Assembly (NCBI GenBank): GCA_049654165.1
Contig: JBASHR010000037.1
Location: 16,780 to 80,779, forward strand
Reading direction: 5' to 3'
DNA from: Bacteroidales bacterium
GTDB lineage: Bacteria > Bacteroidota > Bacteroidia > Bacteroidales > JAAYJT01
DNA length: 64,000 nt
Below the pieces are notes generated by a model. The model ran no database searches. It was not told the DNA's origin and worked only from the letters and a program-made list of their open reading frames with translations. Of this stretch, positions 28,207 through 38,804 are shown piece by piece. The position numbers and the translations under genes are program-made. Within the stretch, counting starts at the first letter, position 1, and the number at the start of each line of letters is the position of its first letter.

Positions 28207-28317
28207 ACCAAAACTATATTATGATAAACGGATATTGGTGATTCAGTAGTACGTGTGAAAGTATCGGTCAAAAAAAAAGCCCCTGAGTTGGAGCTTTTAT
28301 AATTTTTAAGCCGGAGA

Positions 28318-28671
28318 CTAATATTTTTTTTCTTTGATACGGGCTTTCTTGCCTTTGATTTTTCGCAAATAAAAAATACGTGCCCTGCGAACCACACCGC
28401 GTTTATTAACTTCGATCTTACTAATAAACGGTGAATGAACGGGAATAATCCTTTCAACGCCAACGCTTCCTGAAACCTTACGAATGGTAAATGTTTCAGT
28501 GCTTCCACTGCCGGAACGCTGTAAAACTACGCCCTGAAATTGCTGGATACGTTCTTTATCTCCTTCCCTGATCTTATAATGTACCGTAATAGTATCGCCA
28601 GCCTTAAATTCCGGAAGTTCGTTCCTGGATACTATGGTATCAACAAAATTCATTATTTCTCTCGTATTCAT
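28318..28671 (-). CDS. rplS: 50S ribosomal protein L19
   Basis: 117 aa with [29 protein letters not shown]...FTIRK...[11 protein letters not shown]. Confidence 0.95.
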   Translation of the reverse strand: MNTREIMNFVDTIVSRNELPEFKAGDTITVHYKIREGDKERIQQFQGVVLQRSGSGSTETFTIRKVSGSVGVERIIPVHSPFISKIEVNKRGVVRRARIFYLRKIKGKKARIKEKKY

Positions 28672-28711
28672 TGCAGTAAGTATTAGAAATAGGTAATCTT
28701 CAAAAAGGGTG

Positions 28712-28719
28712 CAAATATA
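28712..28719 (-). promoter_or_regulatory. -7 element TAnnTTTG upstream of rplS
   Basis: The minus strand reads TATATTTG followed by cacc, about 40 nt upstream of the rplS start. Confidence 0.5.
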
Positions 28720-28804
28720 CGCCTATTTTCTTTTCAAAAACAAAACACCTTAAAAATCTGAATAATAATTTTATTTTTTTAATGCACGAAAAACTCAAAA
28801 ATCA

Positions 28805-29383
28805 TTATATCTGTCTCTCTCCCAGTCGTTTAACCTTTTTAAGCCATTTTTCTCTTTTCTTTTCATTTGATCCTTTAATGGGACCAATTGTTGAAATCTT
28901 TACCGGATTGACCCCACAAAACTGTAAAAATGCTTTTTTCATGGCATGATGTCCGGGTCTGCCAAGTACCCACCTGTAATAAAAAGGCGAGTTGTCCATG
29001 GTAACAAAGAGTCTGGCGGTTTTCCCCACCAACAGTTTATCATGTGCACGTCCTTTTCCTCTGTATCTGAACGCAAAGCCAGGCAGGAAAGTCCGGTCAA
29101 TGAAGCCTTTTAGCAGTGCGGGGAATGTTGCCCACCAGTTTGGATAAAAGAAAACCAGATGGTCAGCCCACGTTATCAGTTCCTGAGCCATTACCAGATC
29201 GGGTTCAAGCTCCTGATTGCCTCTGTAGCCACTGCTGAAATTGATATCAAACTTCAACTGGCTTAATTTCAGGCTCTTTATTTCGGCTTTCGAGCTTAAA
29301 GCCCCTTCAATATATGCTGTAGTTAATTTATCGCTAAAGGTATCCTTTACAGGATGACCCAGTATTATCAGAATTTTTTTCAT
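28805..29383 (-). CDS. flavodoxin-like fold NAD(P)H-dependent oxidoreductase (quinone reductase family)
   Basis: 192 aa with MKKILIILGHP and WADHLVFFYPNWWATFPALLKGFIDR. Confidence 0.75.
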   Translation of the reverse strand: MKKILIILGHPVKDTFSDKLTTAYIEGALSSKAEIKSLKLSQLKFDINFSSGYRGNQELEPDLVMAQELITWADHLVFFYPNWWATFPALLKGFIDRTFLPGFAFRYRGKGRAHDKLLVGKTARLFVTMDNSPFYYRWVLGRPGHHAMKKAFLQFCGVNPVKISTIGPIKGSNEKKREKWLKKVKRLGERQI

Positions 29384-29404
29384 AGTCAGACTGAGCTTTT
29401 TTCA

Positions 29405-31867
29405 TTAATCCCTGTTTAAATCAATAGGATTGTCAGCTCGTTGGTCGAGAAGGGCAAAATCAATTACGTCAATCATATTGTCAACGTAATGAAAATTCAG
29501 TCCTTCAATATATCTTGATGGGATTTCGGCAATATCCTTACGGTTCTCACCCGGAAGGATTATATCATTTATATTGGCACGTTTTGCCGCAAGTATTTTT
29601 TCCTTTATCCCTCCAACCGGTAAAACCTTACCTCTGAGGGTTATCTCTCCGGTCATTGCAATGCGGGGTTTTATCAAACGCTGGGTAAAGGCAGAAGCCA
29701 GAGCAGTGAATATTGTGATACCTGCTGAAGGGCCATCTTTTGGAGTAGCACCTTCAGGGATATGGATATGCACATTCCATTTCTCAAAAGCCCTGTCGTC
29801 AAGTCCAAGTTGTGCGGCATGAGCTTTAAGATACTCATAAGCTAAGGTTGCAGATTCCTTCATCACATCGCCAAGGCTACCGGTAAGTGTGAGATTACCT
29901 TTACCACGGCTAAGGCTTACTTCCACAAACAGTATCTGCCCGCCAACTGAAGTCCATGCCAGACCGGTTGCAACCCCCACATTATTATTAATGAGGTCTT
30001 TTTCAATATGATATTGTTCGGGACCCAAGATCTCACGCAAGTCCTCAATAGTTAACTTAACATTGTATGGCTCGTTGGAAATAATATATTTAGCACGGTT
30101 CCGAATTATCTTGGCTATAAGCCTTTCCAGATTCCTTACTCCTGCTTCCCTGCTGTAATCTTCAATGATTTTACGGACTATGGGTTTTGTGAACTTCAGC
30201 TTATCCTTTTCCAGACCATGCTCACGTAACTGCTTTGGTATCAGATGCCTGAAAGCTATTTCAACCTTTTCTTCCATCAGATAGCCGCTCAGCTCAATAA
30301 CCTCCATTCTGTCGCGCAGTGCGGGATGTATGGTGCTAAGAGTGTTGGCTGTGGCCAGGAACATCACCCTTGACAGGTCATAATCAATATCGAGATAGTT
30401 ATCATGAAAAGCCTGATTCTGTTCGGGGTCAAGTACTTCAAGAAGGGCAGCGGCGGGATCTCCGTTTATATTCAACCCCATGACTTTATCAACTTCGTCG
30501 AGTACGAACACAGGATTGGAACTTTTAACCTTTTTAAGACTCTGGATCACCCTGCCCGGCATAGCACCTATATATGTTTTACGATGCCCGCGTATTTCGG
30601 CCTCATCACGTAAACCACCCAATGACATTCTGACATATTTTCTTGAAACGGCTCTTGCAATAGATTTTCCGAGTGAAGTTTTACCAACTCCGGGAGGTCC
30701 AACAAGGCAAAGTATCGGAGATTTCATGTCACCTTTCAGCTTCAGTACTGCCAGATATTCAATGATACGTTCCTTTACTTTTTCAAGTCCGTAGTGGTCC
30801 TCATCCAAAACTTTCTGTGCATGTTTAAGATCAAAATTATCCGTTGTACACTCATCCCAGGGTAGATCAACAAGCACTTCAATATAATTCATCTGCATGG
30901 AATATTCCATAGCAGCCGGGTTCATACGCTGAAGCTTGGCTATTTCCTTTTCAAAAGTATCGGCAGCATTTTTTGGCCATTTCTTTGCCGCAGCCTTATC
31001 CTTCAATTCAGCGATCTCCTGTTGATTAGGAGCGCCGCCAAGCTCTTCCTGAATGGTCTTCAACTGCTGGTGTAGCAGATAATCGCGCTGTTGCTTATCA
31101 ATTTCGGTTTTAACCCTGCTTTCAATCTGATTTTTCAATTCAAGTTCCTGAAATACTCTCTTCAGCATTGCAAGTATCCAACTCACACGATCATCAAAAT
31201 CAAGTGATTCGAGTATTGATTGTTTCTCAAGCACTTCAATATCCAGGTTCGAAGAAATGAAATTAACAAGGAAAATAGGGCTTTCTATGTTGCGAATGGC
31301 AAAAGCAGCATCTGAAGGGATATTGGGTGATTGCTTTATTATCTGGATTGAAAGATCTTTCAGCGATGACATCAGAGCTTTTGTCTTCCTGTTCATCCTG
31401 AATTTCTCCATTGATTCGTATTCAACCACCTGCGCAATGATGTATGGTTCTTCCTGAACAAGCATTGTCATTCGGAAACGCTTACGTCCCTGTATTATGG
31501 CTGTTGTACTCCCGTCAGGCATCTGCAGCAGCTTGATTATATAAGCCATAGTACCTATTTCATACAGATCATCAAAAACAGGATCTTCAACTGCTGCATC
31601 TTTCTGAGCAACTACTCCGATAATACGGCTTCCGCGATAGAAATCCTTGATCAGCTTCACCGATTTGTCGCGTCCTACGGTAAGTGGAATTACCACCCCG
31701 GGAAAAAGTACGGTATTCCGTAAAGGCAGTATTGGTAGAGTTTCGGGCAAAGCTTCTGCCCTCATCTGTTCTTCATCCTCTGCCGAGAGCAAAGGGATAA
31801 AATCGGCTCCTTCAGTAGCCAATTTTGAAATAAATGAAATTTTCGGATTTATCTTTGGATCAAACAT
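29405..31867 (-). CDS. lon: ATP-dependent Lon protease
   Basis: 820 aa with Walker [10 protein letters not shown], Walker B FVLDEVDK, and the protease Ser motif PKDGPSAGITI. Confidence 0.95.
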   Translation of the reverse strand: MFDPKINPKISFISKLATEGADFIPLLSAEDEEQMRAEALPETLPILPLRNTVLFPGVVIPLTVGRDKSVKLIKDFYRGSRIIGVVAQKDAAVEDPVFDDLYEIGTMAYIIKLLQMPDGSTTAIIQGRKRFRMTMLVQEEPYIIAQVVEYESMEKFRMNRKTKALMSSLKDLSIQIIKQSPNIPSDAAFAIRNIESPIFLVNFISSNLDIEVLEKQSILESLDFDDRVSWILAMLKRVFQELELKNQIESRVKTEIDKQQRDYLLHQQLKTIQEELGGAPNQQEIAELKDKAAAKKWPKNAADTFEKEIAKLQRMNPAAMEYSMQMNYIEVLVDLPWDECTTDNFDLKHAQKVLDEDHYGLEKVKERIIEYLAVLKLKGDMKSPILCLVGPPGVGKTSLGKSIARAVSRKYVRMSLGGLRDEAEIRGHRKTYIGAMPGRVIQSLKKVKSSNPVFVLDEVDKVMGLNINGDPAAALLEVLDPEQNQAFHDNYLDIDYDLSRVMFLATANTLSTIHPALRDRMEVIELSGYLMEEKVEIAFRHLIPKQLREHGLEKDKLKFTKPIVRKIIEDYSREAGVRNLERLIAKIIRNRAKYIISNEPYNVKLTIEDLREILGPEQYHIEKDLINNNVGVATGLAWTSVGGQILFVEVSLSRGKGNLTLTGSLGDVMKESATLAYEYLKAHAAQLGLDDRAFEKWNVHIHIPEGATPKDGPSAGITIFTALASAFTQRLIKPRIAMTGEITLRGKVLPVGGIKEKILAAKRANINDIILPGENRKDIAEIPSRYIEGLNFHYVDNMIDVIDFALLDQRADNPIDLNRD

Positions 31868-31988
31868 AGTATAATCTTATTACAATTATTCGGCCATAAA
31901 ACATTTTTATGTCATAAACAGCCAAATAAACAAATAATCTGACCTCTTGTCGGTAAATGTCAGTTTTTATAACAACAGTATGGCAGAA

Positions 31989-33179
31989 TTAAAGTTTGCG
32001 GTATTCGAAAGTAATATTGAAAACATGTTTCATAATATCCTTGTCAATATCGGAAAATTCAATATTACGCCGCTTATAAACAGCTTCGGCAACCTTTATT
32101 GCTTTGTTTATATTATAGGTAGTAAAACCGGTGTAGCCTCCCCAGGCAAAGGAAGAGATGAAATTGCGCTGGAAATTTCCGCCAAAAATATTGGAACTTA
32201 CCCCAACAACAGTACCGGTATTAAACATGGTGTTTATCCCCGATTTTGAATGGTCACCCATAATCAGACCACAAAACTGCAAGCCGGTGTCAATAAAAGA
32301 TTGTTCGGGGTAATTCCACAAACGAACATTCTCGTATGTGTTTTTCAGGTTCGAAGTATTGGTGTCGGCACCCAGATTGCACCATTCGCCCAATACCGAA
32401 TTGCCAAGATAACCATCATGGGCTTTGTTAGAATATCCCAAAATAACTGAGTTGCTCACTTCGCCGCCAACTTTTGAATGCGGTCCTACGGTTGTGCCTC
32501 CATAGATTTTCGCACCCATCTTAACCATTGAGTGCTCACATAAAGCAAAGCTACCCCTTATCATACTACCTTCCATGACTTCAGCCTTATTGCCAATGTA
32601 CACAGGACCATCGCTGGCATTCAGGACTACGCCATAACCTATCCTTGCATCATCTTCGATAAAGATATTTTCAGGGTTCACCAGATGGGCAAACTTTGAA
32701 ACATCCTGCGATTTTCTTCCCCTGGTTATAAGAGCAAAATCATCCTTTATCGCCTGATCATTTAATGCAAAGATATCCCAGAGATTGCATAACTCGGTAA
32801 CAGGGGCTTTTGTGAGGATCTCATCAGTGTTTTCTGTACTTTTTGATCCGGTACCTTCCAGATCTTCGTAAGTTACATGCATTGCTATAACAGTATCGTT
32901 TCTTATAAGAGCCTGATTAGCTTTAAGATTGTTGATCTCGCTTATCAACTCCTTATTTGGGAAAACAGCACCATTGATAAGGATGTTATCCGATTCCTTA
33001 ACGATAGGGAATTTTCTCTCAAGGTATTTCTCGGTAAGGGAAGAGGTTTTAACCCCCAGATATTTTTCCCATTTTTCTCTTATTGTCAGAATACCGACCC
33101 TGATATCGGCAACAGGTCTGGTAAAGGTCATTGGCAGCAGGTTACCGCGCCTTGCATCATCAAAAAGTATATAATTCAT
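31989..33179 (-). CDS. GlmU-like putative sugar-phosphate nucleotidyltransferase with left-handed beta-helix repeats
   Basis: Start taken at MNYILFDDARRGNLLPMTFTRPVADIRVG (complement 33177-33179). The C-terminal half has hexapeptide-like repeats. Confidence 0.65.
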   Translation of the reverse strand: MNYILFDDARRGNLLPMTFTRPVADIRVGILTIREKWEKYLGVKTSSLTEKYLERKFPIVKESDNILINGAVFPNKELISEINNLKANQALIRNDTVIAMHVTYEDLEGTGSKSTENTDEILTKAPVTELCNLWDIFALNDQAIKDDFALITRGRKSQDVSKFAHLVNPENIFIEDDARIGYGVVLNASDGPVYIGNKAEVMEGSMIRGSFALCEHSMVKMGAKIYGGTTVGPHSKVGGEVSNSVILGYSNKAHDGYLGNSVLGEWCNLGADTNTSNLKNTYENVRLWNYPEQSFIDTGLQFCGLIMGDHSKSGINTMFNTGTVVGVSSNIFGGNFQRNFISSFAWGGYTGFTTYNINKAIKVAEAVYKRRNIEFSDIDKDIMKHVFNITFEYRKL

Positions 33180-33222
33180 AAAAACATGGTTTTTGGTGCG
33201 CCAAAAATACAAAAGGTTGTAC

Positions 33223-33255
33223 AAAAAAAGCCCTCTCTCTGAAGGGCTTTTTTAT
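33223..33255 (-). terminator. rho-independent terminator downstream of rpmE2 (A-run/T-run flanks, potentially bidirectional)
   Basis: aagccct (33228-33234) pairs with agggctt (33243-33249) around an 8-nt loop. On the minus strand the stem is followed by a run of T. The element lies 23 nt after the rpmE2 stop. Confidence 0.6.
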
Positions 33256-33277
33256 AAACAGTTATGAACATTTGATT

Positions 33278-33553
33278 TTACTTGTTCTGCATGTTCCGGT
33301 TTTCCAGATGTTTTTCATATCTTGCCTTGAATTTATCAAGACGACCGGCTGTGTCAACAAGTTTCATCTTTCCAGTATAAAAAGGATGAGAAGTATGAGA
33401 AATCTCTAATTTAACAAGAGGATATTCCTTGCCATCTTCCCAAACAATAGTTTCTTTAGTGTTAGCTGTTGATCTGCTTAAAAAAGCGTAATCGTTTGAC
33501 ATATCTTTAAAAACAACCAGTCTGTATTCCTTTGGATGAATGTCTTTCTTCAT
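33278..33553 (-). CDS. rpmE2: 50S ribosomal protein L31, type B (no CxxC zinc motif)
   Basis: Start taken at [10 protein letters not shown] (complement 33551-33553), followed by ...[29 protein letters not shown]. Confidence 0.9.
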   Translation of the reverse strand: MKKDIHPKEYRLVVFKDMSNDYAFLSRSTANTKETIVWEDGKEYPLVKLEISHTSHPFYTGKMKLVDTAGRLDKFKARYEKHLENRNMQNK

Positions 33554-33737
33554 AATAAATATTACTATCTGATTTTGAGGGTGCAAAATTACACTTTTTT
33601 TTAATACGGCAAACTTAATGACAAAAAATCTTTTTTCAGCAGTGTTTTTTTGATTACAATCCTTTGATCCAACAATACAGGAATTATAATATTAAGGAAA
33701 TCAGGGAATTATAATTCAAACAGTGGATTGAATTTTA

Positions 33738-33785
33738 TAAACGGGCTAAAGTCCGTTACTATTCACAATGATATAATCACAACCC
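33738..33785. repeat. solo copy of the hairpin module (aacgggctaaagtccgtt + attcacaatgatataatca) in the rpmE2/rho intergenic region
   Basis: It matches the array module gaacgggctaaagcccgtt / ccggctaaagccggtggcaattcataatcata, with one stem position changed (a G-T pair). Confidence 0.6.
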
Positions 33786-33894
33786 TCAGATATTCAACTG
33801 TTTACAAAGCAATCCCTATTTATCTGAACCATTATCTTTCTGAAAAATAAAAATGCATTTGATATCAAAATATTTGTGATTCAAAAAATGTTTT

Positions 33895-33902
33895 TATCTT
33901 TG
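33895..33902 (+). promoter_or_regulatory. -7 element TAnnTTTG upstream of rho (implies a 5' UTR of about 115 nt)
   Basis: TATCTTTG followed by cacc. Confidence 0.5.
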
Positions 33903-34024
33903 CACCGCCATTTCAGGTTCAATCTTGATTTTTTCCTTAAAATTATAATCAAAGACATTTTCTGACAGATAACCGTTAAGCAGGATATTTCCTTAATGGT
34001 TAATTCTCCAAACACATTTTTAAT

Positions 34025-35995
34025 ATGTATGATATTCTTGAGCTAAACAGCAAATTAGTAGCTGAATTAAAAGAAATTGCCAAAAGTCTTAAAATTCCTA
34101 AGTACGATAAACTCAACAAACAGGATCTTATCTATACTATCCTGGACCATCAGGCAATAAATCCCACCCCCGATATCCTTAAAAAAGAAAAGAAAGAAGA
34201 GCAACGCGCTAAGAATCAGCGGAAAAGAATCGTTGTAATCAGCGATGTAAAGGCTGTGGCTGAAAAAAGACAAAGCCAGGAAAAGCTTGCTGAGGAGAAA
34301 AGCGCTGAAAAGCCAAAAACTCAAACCCAGGCTCCGGCTGCACCATCAAAACCAGAAACAAAACTTTCGGTAAAACAAGCTGATAAAACTTCTGAGAATT
34401 CAAAAGAAGCATCCACAGCACAACCACGGAAAAGAAAAAGAATAACAAGACCAACGGTTGAGAACAAAGCAAAAGAATCAGAAGTAGCAAAAGCCGGGAA
34501 CAAAAGTTTTGATATTCAAAAACCGGAAGCCATAGATAAGGATAATAAGCAACATTTAAGGCAGCTTCAGGAGAAACCGGTGCATTTCTCAAGACCTGAT
34601 GATGAAGAGATCAACCCGGTAATTGAAGAGCTTAAAATCCTTGAAGGTGATAATGACGATCTTTTCATCACACCTGAATTACTGGAGATACCTGAGCAGG
34701 ATATTACTGCAGAAATCCCTGTTCAGACTGCTGATACACAGGTTCAGGATCAGATTGTTGTGCCTCCGGCGGAAGCACCTGTTGAAACAGAACGTCCTCA
34801 ACGCGAGCAACAACAGAAGGATCACAAACAACGTTATCACGACAAACGTAGGGAGAGAGACGAGAACTTTGCTGAATTTGAAGGCATAGTCTCCAGTGAA
34901 GGGGTTCTTGAAGTGATCAGTGACGGATACGGGTTTTTACGTTCATCGGATTATAACTATCTGAATTCTCCGGATGATATTTATGTATCGCAATCGCAAA
35001 TAAAACTTTTTGGACTTAAAACCGGAGATACTATCCGTGGTAGCATCAGACCTCCACGCGATGGTGAAAAATACTTTCCGCTGGTAAAAATTGAAGCAAT
35101 AAACGGACGTACTGTTGACGAAATCCGCGATCGTATTCCTTTTGACTTCCTCACACCATTGTTCCCGGAAAAGAAATTCAAAATTACCGGTCATGCTCAG
35201 GAAAGCATTTCAACACGCATCATTGACATGTTCACTCCCATTGGTAAAGGTCAGCGTGGTTTGATAGTAGCCCAGCCTAAAACCGGAAAGACCATTCTGC
35301 TGCAGGAAATAGCAAATGCCATTGCAGCCAATCATCCTGAGGTTTATATGATAGTTCTCCTTATTGACGAACGACCTGAGGAAGTAACCGATATGGCACG
35401 CCATGTAAAAGCGGAAGTGATATCTTCAACTTTTGATGAACCTGCGGAAAAACATGTCCGTATAGCCAATATAGTTCTTGAAAAGGCTAAAAGGATGGTA
35501 GAATGTGGTCATGATGTTGTGATACTGCTTGATTCCATAACACGTCTTGCACGTGCCTACAACACGGTGTCTCCTGCATCCGGCAAAGTGCTTTCAGGAG
35601 GTGTGGAAGCCAACGCCCTTCAGAAACCTAAACGATTTTTTGGTGCAGCCAGACAAATTGAAAACGGTGGTTCGCTCACCATACTTGCAACAGCGCTTAT
35701 TGACACAGGTTCAAAGATGGATGAGGTCATTTTTGAGGAATTTAAAGGAACCGGCAATATGGAATTGCAACTCGACCGCAAACTTGCCAATAAACGTATC
35801 TGGCCTGCTATTGATATTGTTGCTTCAAGTACACGAAGGGAAGAATTGCTGGTAAGAAAGGAATTTCTCCAGCGTCTGTGGATACTCAGAAACCATCTTG
35901 CTGATATGAACCCTATAGAAGCAATGGAATTTCTGAAGGATAAAATGAAATTTACTCAGTCGAACGAAGAATTTCTGATATCAATGAACAGCTAA
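34025..35995 (+). CDS. rho: transcription termination factor Rho with a long low-complexity N-terminal insertion
   Basis: 656 aa. N-terminal Rho_N helix bundle, a K/E/Q/P-rich insertion of about 240 aa, an RNA-binding segment ([15 protein letters not shown]), Walker A PKTGKT, and LIDERPEEV. Confidence 0.95.
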   Translation: MYDILELNSKLVAELKEIAKSLKIPKYDKLNKQDLIYTILDHQAINPTPDILKKEKKEEQRAKNQRKRIVVISDVKAVAEKRQSQEKLAEEKSAEKPKTQTQAPAAPSKPETKLSVKQADKTSENSKEASTAQPRKRKRITRPTVENKAKESEVAKAGNKSFDIQKPEAIDKDNKQHLRQLQEKPVHFSRPDDEEINPVIEELKILEGDNDDLFITPELLEIPEQDITAEIPVQTADTQVQDQIVVPPAEAPVETERPQREQQQKDHKQRYHDKRRERDENFAEFEGIVSSEGVLEVISDGYGFLRSSDYNYLNSPDDIYVSQSQIKLFGLKTGDTIRGSIRPPRDGEKYFPLVKIEAINGRTVDEIRDRIPFDFLTPLFPEKKFKITGHAQESISTRIIDMFTPIGKGQRGLIVAQPKTGKTILLQEIANAIAANHPEVYMIVLLIDERPEEVTDMARHVKAEVISSTFDEPAEKHVRIANIVLEKAKRMVECGHDVVILLDSITRLARAYNTVSPASGKVLSGGVEANALQKPKRFFGAARQIENGGSLTILATALIDTGSKMDEVIFEEFKGTGNMELQLDRKLANKRIWPAIDIVASSTRREELLVRKEFLQRLWILRNHLADMNPIEAMEFLKDKMKFTQSNEEFLISMNS

Positions 35996-36095
35996 TTCGG
36001 GAATTAAAGGCATATAAACCTGTTGCACCAATAAAAACAGGCACTTGCTGTTATTTATATTTCTCTGAAACCAACAAGGTCCGGTTTCATCATAT

Positions 36096-37013
36096 ATGCT
36101 AATCAATAAAATTATGTTATCAGTATTACAGAATTTCCGAAATTCATTAAAGAAGATCCTGAGCCTGGGATTAGTGGCAGCAATCGCCGTAGCCTGTGTT
36201 CCTGTTTTTGTTAAAGAAAAACCGGTAATATCAGTAAGCATATTGCCCTATAAATATTTTGTTGAGCGTATTGCAGGAGATAATTTTGAAATCCAGGTCA
36301 TTACGCCTCCGGGAGTAAGCCCCGAAACTTACGAACCAACTCCAAAACAAATAAAGGATCTGAGCAATTCTGTTATTTTCTTTGTTAACGGTAATCTGAT
36401 ATTTGAAGATCATATTATTGACAAATCAGAGAAAAGCTCCGAAACACTCACGGTTGACCTTAGCAAAGATATTGACCTGATTGCTGGAGAAGTAGCTCAC
36501 CACGGCGACCATGTGCACCTTCACGGTATTGACCCTCACCACTGGCTATCGCCGGCAGAAGTAAGAATACAAATCAATACCATTCTGAAAACACTACTTG
36601 AATTTGACCCGGACAACAAGGAAATGTATATGGCTAATTATGAGGATTTCACAAAGGATATTGATAAACTTGATAATCATATTAAAGGGCTTATAGCTGA
36701 TTCCCCGATCAAAACATTTCTGATATATCATCCGGCTTTTGCATATTTTGCAAGAGCTTACGGACTGGAACAAATTGCATTGGAATCAGACGGCAAGGAG
36801 CCTATCGGTTCGCATATTAAAAATATAATTGATGTTGCCCGTAAGCTGGATATCCACACCATACTTGTTCAAAGTCAGTTCAATACTGTTTCGGCTGAGG
36901 TTGTGGCTGCTGAAATATCCGGAAAAATTGAGATCCTCAACCCTCTTGAAGAAGACTGGCTTGCAGGTATGTATGCCATTTCTCATACAATGCAGAAAGC
37001 TTTGAACCCATAG
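36096..37013 (+). CDS. znuA: metal (zinc-type) ABC transporter substrate-binding lipoprotein
   Basis: 305 aa. Lipobox AVAC, a His-rich loop (VAHHGDHVHLHGIDPHHW), and ZnuA/TroA-like flanks. The gene symbol is by analogy only. Confidence 0.8.
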   Translation: MLINKIMLSVLQNFRNSLKKILSLGLVAAIAVACVPVFVKEKPVISVSILPYKYFVERIAGDNFEIQVITPPGVSPETYEPTPKQIKDLSNSVIFFVNGNLIFEDHIIDKSEKSSETLTVDLSKDIDLIAGEVAHHGDHVHLHGIDPHHWLSPAEVRIQINTILKTLLEFDPDNKEMYMANYEDFTKDIDKLDNHIKGLIADSPIKTFLIYHPAFAYFARAYGLEQIALESDGKEPIGSHIKNIIDVARKLDIHTILVQSQFNTVSAEVVAAEISGKIEILNPLEEDWLAGMYAISHTMQKALNP

Positions 37014-37104
37014 AAACGATGATTTAAAAGCTGATTTTTGCATTGAGCCGGTAAAAATTACGATCAGGTCATTGTATTTTTTTTTAGAACCCGGAATAAA
37101 GAAT

Positions 37105-37112
37105 TACTTTTG
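37105..37112 (+). promoter_or_regulatory. -7 element TAnnTTTG in the znuA-znuC gap
   Basis: TACTTTTG, 25 nt upstream of ATG 37137. Confidence 0.4.
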
Positions 37113-37136
37113 CATTTAAAGAAATCTGGTAACTCT

Positions 37137-37892
37137 ATGGGCAAGATCATTGAATTGATTGACATTTCGGCTACTTATGGTGAAGAGATAGTTCTTAAAG
37201 ATGTGAATCTCACCATAAATTCAAATGACTTTGTTGGAATAATTGGTCCGAACGGAGGAGGGAAAACCACTCTGGTAAAGCTGATGGTTGGTTTGCTCAA
37301 ACCTGTTAAAGGTCAGATTATTATGCACAAGGCTAATGGCAGGGATATAAAGAACCAGATAGGATATTTACCTCAGATAAGCCGTTTCGACAAGCGATTT
37401 CCGATTTCCGTAATTGATGTTGTGCTTTCAGGGCTGGTTTCTGATAAAGCTGTTTTTAAAAGATATACCCGGACTGATAAGGATAAAGCCGTTGAACTGC
37501 TTGCCAGGATGGGAATCAGCGATCTTTACTCAAGGCCTATCGGGGAACTGTCGGGTGGGCAGATGCAGAGGGTTTTTCTCTGTCGTGCTATCATTACATC
37601 CCCTTCCCTGCTTATCCTTGATGAACCCAATACATTTGTTGACAGTAAATTTGAAGCCGAGCTTTATGATATTTTGCTGGAGCTTAACAAAACCATGGCT
37701 ATCATTGTTGTTACCCACGATATAGGTACCATTTCATATTATGTAAAAACCATAGCCTGTGTAAATAAATACCTGAATTACCATCCGTCGAACATCATCA
37801 CTGAGCAACAGCTTGCTGCCTACGGCTGCCCTATCCAGATTATTACTCACGGCGATATTCCTCATACTGTACTTAAAAAACACAATCACTGA
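37137..37892 (+). CDS. znuC: metal ABC transporter ATP-binding protein
   Basis: Start at MGKIIEL (ATG 37137), 25 nt after a TActTTTG box. Walker A GPNGGGKTT, signature LSGGQMQR, Walker B LLILDEP. Confidence 0.85.
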   Translation: MGKIIELIDISATYGEEIVLKDVNLTINSNDFVGIIGPNGGGKTTLVKLMVGLLKPVKGQIIMHKANGRDIKNQIGYLPQISRFDKRFPISVIDVVLSGLVSDKAVFKRYTRTDKDKAVELLARMGISDLYSRPIGELSGGQMQRVFLCRAIITSPSLLILDEPNTFVDSKFEAELYDILLELNKTMAIIVVTHDIGTISYYVKTIACVNKYLNYHPSNIITEQQLAAYGCPIQIITHGDIPHTVLKKHNH

Positions 37893-37893
37893 T

Positions 37894-38733
37894 ATGGCTG
37901 AACTTGTTGAACTCATCAGCTATTCTTTTTTCAGCAAAGCCCTGCTGGCTGCCTTACTGGCAAGTATTTCATGTGGTATTGCCGGAACCTATATAGTTGC
38001 ACGGCGCAAAGTGTTCATTGCAGGAGGGATAACCCATGCATCGTTTGGCGGGATTGGTATGGGTTATTTTTTTGGTATAAATCCAATGCTTGGAGGTGCT
38101 GCATTCGGGCTGCTATCGGCACTGGGCATAGAGTTCATATCAAAAAAGACTGAGATCCGCGAAGATTCTGCCATTGGAATAATCTGGTCGTTTGGGATGG
38201 CACTGGGTATCATTTTCATTTTCCTTACCCCCGGATATGCTCCCAATCTTATGACCTACCTTTTCGGGAATATTCTTACCGTAAGCGATGCCGATATTAA
38301 TTTCATGATAATCCTTTGCTCATTACTCATACTGTTCTTTATTCTGTTCTACCGCATCATTCTGTTTACCTCTTTCGATGAAGAATACGCCCAAAGCCAT
38401 AAACTACCGGTAAACACCTTCAATTACATATTGATCGCTCTTGTTGCCTTAGTTATTGTACTTAATATCAGAGTCATAGGCATTATCCTTGTGATCTCAT
38501 ATCTTACATTACCACAATCGGCTGCCAACCTGCTTACCCGAAATTTCAAACACATAATCATTTATTCCGTTATTTTCGGGGTACTGGGCAGTATAACAGG
38601 GCTTTACATTTCATATTTAGCAGATCTGCCCTCAGGAGCCATCATCATCTTTGTTTTTGTAGTTCTATACCTTGCCATTTGGCTGCTTAAATATTTCCAT
38701 CAAAAACACAGATTGCACAGGCAGTTAAAGTAA
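37894..38733 (+). CDS. znuB: metal ABC transporter permease
   Basis: Start at MAELVELISY (ATG 37894), directly after the znuC stop. ABC-3 type polytopic membrane protein. Confidence 0.85.
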   Translation: MAELVELISYSFFSKALLAALLASISCGIAGTYIVARRKVFIAGGITHASFGGIGMGYFFGINPMLGGAAFGLLSALGIEFISKKTEIREDSAIGIIWSFGMALGIIFIFLTPGYAPNLMTYLFGNILTVSDADINFMIILCSLLILFFILFYRIILFTSFDEEYAQSHKLPVNTFNYILIALVALVIVLNIRVIGIILVISYLTLPQSAANLLTRNFKHIIIYSVIFGVLGSITGLYISYLADLPSGAIIIFVFVVLYLAIWLLKYFHQKHRLHRQLK

Positions 38734-38766
38734 ACTGTTGAATTTCGGTCTTATCAGTTCTTTTTT
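38733..38766 (+). terminator. weak hairpin plus T-run after znuB
   Basis: aactg (38733-38737) pairs with cagtt (38755-38759), followed by cttttttc. The stem is short, so confidence is low. Confidence 0.3.
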
Positions 38767-38804
38767 CGAACACAATAAACACAACTACTTTTCTTCACTC
38801 TCTG

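Noticed and set aside
28203-28508. A 101-aa ORF overlapping the 3' part of rplS in another frame.
   Set aside because: It overlaps the unambiguous L19 coding sequence and runs through the rplS terminator region, with no recognisable features.
37813-37893. N-terminal extension of the znuB ORF that overlaps znuC by 80 nt.
   Set aside because: ATG 37894 follows the znuC stop directly and begins the conserved hydrophobic permease sequence. The upstream extension is simply open frame within znuC.
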